Assembly: GCA_964016885.1 (NCBI GenBank)
Contig: OZ024744.1
Coordinates: 131,440,001-131,504,000 of the forward strand
Length of the DNA: 64,000 nt
From: Eledone cirrhosa
Lineage: Eukaryota
Direction of reading: 5' to 3'
In this document: in pieces, positions 59,831 through 64,000 of the stretch
How positions within the stretch are numbered: the first letter of the stretch is position 1
Layout: every line of letters begins with the position of its first letter
Translations under genes and position numbers: made by a program
Notes under the pieces: generated by a model
Seen by the model: only the letters and a program-made list of their open reading frames with translations
What the model was told of the DNA's origin: nothing
Databases searched by the model: none

Positions 59831-60977
59831 GTTAAGTTGGGGTTAATTTAAGTTGGGGTTAAGTTAAGTCGGGCTTAAGTTACGTTGGGGTTGAGTTAAG
59901 TTGGGGTTAATTTAAGTTGGGGCTAAGTTAATTTGTGGTTAAGTTAAGTTGGGGTTAAGTTAAGTTGGGGTTAAGTTAAGTTGGGGTTGAGTTAAGTTGG
60001 GGTTGAGTTAATTTAGGGTTAAGTTAAGTTGGGGTTAAGTTAAGTTGGGTTTAAGTTAAGTTGGGGTTAAATTAAGTTGGGGTTAAATTAAGTTGGGGTT
60101 AAGTTAAGTTGGGGGTAAGTTAAGTTGGGGGCAAGTTAAGTTGGGGTTAAGTTAAGTTGGGGTTAAATTAAGTTGGGGTTAAGTTTAGTTGGTGTTAAGT
60201 TAAGTTGGGGTTTATTTAAGTTGGGGTTAATTAAGTTGGGGCTGAGTTAAGTTGGGGCTGAATTAAGTTGGGGTTAAGTTAAGTTGGGGTTGAGTTAAGT
60301 TGGGGTTAAGTTAAGTTGGGGTTAAGTTAAGTTGGGGTTAAGTTAAGTTGGGGTTTAGTTAAGTTGGGGTTCAGTTAAGTTGGGGTTAAGTTGGGGTTAA
60401 ATTAATTTGGGGTTAAGTTAAGTTGGGGTTTAGTTTAGTTGGGGTTAAATTAAGTTGGGGTTAATTTAAGTTGGTGTTAAGTTAAGTTGCGGGTAATTTA
60501 AGTTGGGGTCAAGTTAAGTTGGGGTTAAGTTAAGTTGGGGTTAAGTTAAGTTGGGGTTAAGTTAAGTTGGGGGTAAGTTAAGTTGGGGGTAAGTTAAGTT
60601 GGGGGTAAGTTAAGTTGGGGTTAAGTTATGTTGGGGTTAAGTTAAGTTAGGGTTAAGTTAAGTTGGGGTTGAGTTAAGTTGGGGTTAAGTTAAGTTGGGG
60701 TTATGTTAAGTTGGGGTTAAGTTAAGTTGGTTCGTTAAGTTGAGTTTAAGTTAAGTTGGGGTTAATTTAAGTTGGGGTTAAGTTAAGTTGGGGTTAAGTT
60801 GGGGTTAAGTTAAGTTGGGGTTCAGTTAAGTTGGGGTTAAGTCAAGTTGGGGTTAAGTTGGGGTTAAATTAATTTGGGGTTAAGTTAAGTTGGGGTTAAG
60901 TTAAGTTGGGGTTATGTTAAGTTGGGGTTAAGTTAAGTTGGGGTTAAGTTAATTCGTGGTTAAGTTAAGTTGTGGTT

Positions 60978-61401
60978 AACCCCAACTTCACTCAACCCCA
61001 CCTTAACTCAACCCCAACTTAACTTAACCCCAACTTCACTCAACCCCAACTTAACTTAACCCCAACTTCACTCAACCCCAACTTAACTCAACCCCAACTT
61101 AACTTAACCCCAACTTAACTTAACCCTAACTTAACTTAACCCGACTTAACTTAACTTCGACTTAACTTAACCCCAACTTAACTTAACCCCAACTTAACTT
61201 AACCCCAACTTAACTTAACCACAAATTAACTTAACCCCAACTTAAATTAACCCCAACTTAAATTAACCCCAACTTAACTTAACCCCAACTTAACTTAACC
61301 CCAACTTAACTCACACCCAACTTAACTTACCCCCAACTTAACTTAACCCCAACATGACTTAACACCAAATTAACTTAACCCCAACTTAACTTAACCCCAA
61401 A
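60978..61401 (-). repeat. Inverted satellite island 18 (subfamily A, 424 bp)
   Basis: Conserved junctions, a 1-bp deletion (AACCCGAC) and private variants (AACATGAC, AACACC). Confidence 0.96.
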
Positions 61402-64000
61402 TTCGGGGTTAAGTTAAGTTAGGCTTAACTTAAGTTGGGGTTAAGTTAAATTGGGGGTAAGTTAAGTTCTGGGTAAGTTAAGTTGGGGTTAAGTTAAGTT
61501 GGTTTAAGTTGGGGTTAAGTTAAGTTAGGGTTAAGTTAAGTTGGGGTTGAGTTAAGTTGGTGTTAAGTTAAGTTGGGGTTAATTTAAGTTGGGGCTAAGT
61601 TAAGTTGGGGCTAAGTTAAGTTGGGGCTAAGTTAAGTTGGGGTTCAGTTAAGTTGGGGTTAAGTTAAGTTGGGGTTAAGTTAAGTTGGGGTCAAGTTAAG
61701 TTGGGGTTAAAATTAAGTTGGGGTTAAATCAAGTTGGGGTTAAGTTAAGTTGGGGTTAATTTAAATTGGGGTTAAGTTAACTTTGTGGTTAAGTTAAGTT
61801 GGGGTTAAGTTAAGTTGGGGTTAAGTTAAGTTGGGGTTGAGTTAAGTTGGGGTTGAGTGAAGTTGGGGTTAAGTTAAGTTGGGGTTAAGTTGGCGTTAAG
61901 TTAAGTTGGGGTTGAATTAAGTTGGGGTTGAGTTAATTTAGGGTTAAGTTAAGTTGGGGTTAAGTTAAGTTGGGTTTAAGTTAGGTTGGGGTTAAATTAA
62001 GTTGGGGTTAAATTAAGTTGGGGTTAAGTTAAGTTGGGGGTAAGTTAAGTTGGTGTTAAGTTAAGTTGGGGTTAAGTTAAGTTGGGGTTAAGTTAAGTTG
62101 GGGTCAAGTTAAGTTGGGGTTAAAATTAAGTTGGGGTTAAGTCAAGTTGGGGTTAAGTTAAGTTTGAGTTAATTTAGTTGGGGTTAAGTTAAGTTGGGGC
62201 TAAGTTAAGTTGGGGCTAAGTTAAGTTGGGGCTGAGTTAAGTTGGGGTTAAGTTAAGTTGGGGTTAATTAAGGTGGGGTTAATTTAAGTTGGGGTTAAGT
62301 TAAGTTGGTGTTAAGTTAAGTTGGGGCTAAGTTAACTTGGGGCTGAGTTAAGTTGGGGCTGAGTTAAGTTGGGGTAAATTTAAGTTGGGGTTGAGTTAAG
62401 TTGGGGTTAAGTTAAGTTGGGGTTAAGTTAAGTTGGGGTTAAGTTAAGTTGGGGTTAAGTTAAGTTGGGGTTCAGTTAAGTTGGGGTTAAGTTAAGTTGG
62501 GGTTAGGATGGGGTTAAATTAAGTTGGGGTTAAGTTAAGTTGGGGTTAAGTTAAGTTGGGGTTAAGTTAAATTGGGGTTAAGTTAAGTCGGGGTTAAGTT
62601 AAGTCGTGGTTAAGTTAAGTTAGGGTTAAGTTAAGTTGGAGTTAAGTTAAGTTGGGGTTGAGTTAAGTTGGGGTTGAGTTAAATTGGGGTGGAGTTAAGT
62701 TGGGGTTGAGTTAAGTTGGTGTTGAGTTAAGTTGGGATTAAGTTAAGTTGGGGTTAAGTTAAGTTGCAGTTAAGTTAAGTTGAGGTTAAGTTAAGTTGGG
62801 GTTAAGTTAAGTTGGGGTTAAGTTAAGTTGGGGCTACGTTAAGTTGGGGCTAAGTTAAGTTGGGGCTCAGTTAAGTTGGGGTTCAGTTAAGTTGGGGTTA
62901 AGTTAAGTTTGGGTTAAGTTGGGGTTAAATTAAGTTGGGGTTAAGTTAAGTTGGGGTTTAGTTAAGTTGGGGTTAAGTTAAGTTGGGGTTAATTTAAGTT
63001 GGGGTTAAGTTAAGTTGGGGTTAAGTTGGCGTTAAGTTAAGTTGGGGTTGAATTAAGTTGGGGTTGAGTTAATTTAGGGTTAAGTTAAGTTGGGGTTAAG
63101 TTAAGTTGGGTTTAAGTTAAGTTGGGGTTAAATTAAGTTGGGGTTAAATTAAGTTGGGGTTAAGTTAAGTTGGGGGTAAGTTAAGTTGGTGTTAAGTTAA
63201 GTTGGGGTTAAGTTAAGTTGGGGTTAAGTTAAGTTGGGGTCAAGTTAAGTTGGTGTTAAGTTAAGTTGGGGTTAAGTTAAGTTGGGGCTCAGTTAAGTTG
63301 GGGCTAAGTTAAGTTGGGGCTAATTTAAGTTGGGGTTAAGTTAAGTTGGGGTTAAGTTAAGGTGGGGTTAATTTAAGTTGGGGTCAACTTAAATTGGGGT
63401 TAAGTTAAGTTGGGGTTAAGTTAAGTTGGGGTTAAGTTAAGTTGGGGTTAAGTTAAGTTGGGGTTAAGTTAAGTTGGGGTTGAGTTAAGTTGGGGTTAAG
63501 TTAAGTTGGGGGTAAGTTAAGTTGGGGGCAAGTTAAGTTGGGGTTAAGTTAAGTTGGGGTTAAATTAAGTTGGGGTTAAGTTTAGTTGGTGTTAAGTTAA
63601 GTTGGGGTTTATTTAAGTTGGGGTTAATTAAGTTGGGGCTGAGTTAAGTTGGGGCTGAATTAAGTTGGGGTTAAGTTAAGTTGGGGTTGAGTTAAGTTGC
63701 GGTTAAGTTAAGTTGGGGTTAAGTTAAGTTGGGGTTAAGTTAAGTTGGGGTTGAGTTAAGTTGGGGTTAAGTTAAGTTGGGGTTCAGTTAAGTTGGTGTT
63801 AAGTTAAGTTGGGGTTAAGATGGGGTTAAATTAAGTTGGGGTTAAGTTAAGTTGGGGTTAAGTTAAGTTGGGGTTAAGTTAAGTTGGGGTTAAGTTAAGT
63901 CGGGGTTAAGTTAAGTCGGGGTTAAGTTAAGTTAGGGTTAAGTTAAGTTGGAGTTAAGTTAAGTTGGGGTCAAGTTAAGTTGGGGTTAAGTTAAGTTGGG

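Larger units (their letters stand above)
1..64000 (+). repeat. Tandem satellite array, 16-bp monomer GGGGTTAAGTTAAGTT (about 4000 monomers), G-rich strand on +
   Basis: Consecutive perfect monomers at 62-77 and 78-93 and throughout. Recurrent point variants and 11-, 15- and 17-bp length variants are present. No unique sequence anywhere, and the array runs off both window ends. Confidence 0.99.

Noticed and set aside
1-64000. Protein-coding ORFs
   Set aside because: Each monomer has two TTAA (TAA on both strands), and the 16-bp period shifts the frame every monomer, so all six frames are closed at short intervals.
1-64000. CRISPR array or prokaryotic repeat system
   Set aside because: There are no unique spacers, leader or cas genes. 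The monomers are directly adjacent.
1-64000. A single regular higher-order repeat unit or an encoded message in the variants
   Set aside because: Periods differ by region (1141, about 1270, 1696, about 2420, 2633 and 11532 bp). The variant order is explained by nested duplications.

Overview
The whole 64 kb window is one non-coding tandem satellite array with a 16-bp consensus monomer GGGGTTAAGTTAAGTT (GTTAA-GTTAA-GTTGGG). The + strand is G/T-rich and the consensus has no C. No genes, RNA genes, CRISPR arrays or transposons can be supported: TTAA places stop codons in all six frames. The array has a nested structure. (1) It contains 18 copies of a reverse-orientation island (201-489 bp, about 11% of the window by my count) with the same two near-palindromic junctions, GGTT|AAC on the left and CCCCAAA|TTCGGGG on the right. 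This implies one ancestral inversion amplified with the array, now split into two subfamilies. (2) Higher-order duplications occur at about 1.14, 1.27, 1.70, 2.4 and 2.63 kb periods, plus long-range copies offset by 11.5 kb and about 25 kb. (3) Individual islands show palindrome perfection, internal deletion and apparent opposite-strand conversion. The monomer is telomere-like. The source is probably eukaryotic heterochromatin (inference). All coordinates were counted by eye and duplication boundaries are approximate.
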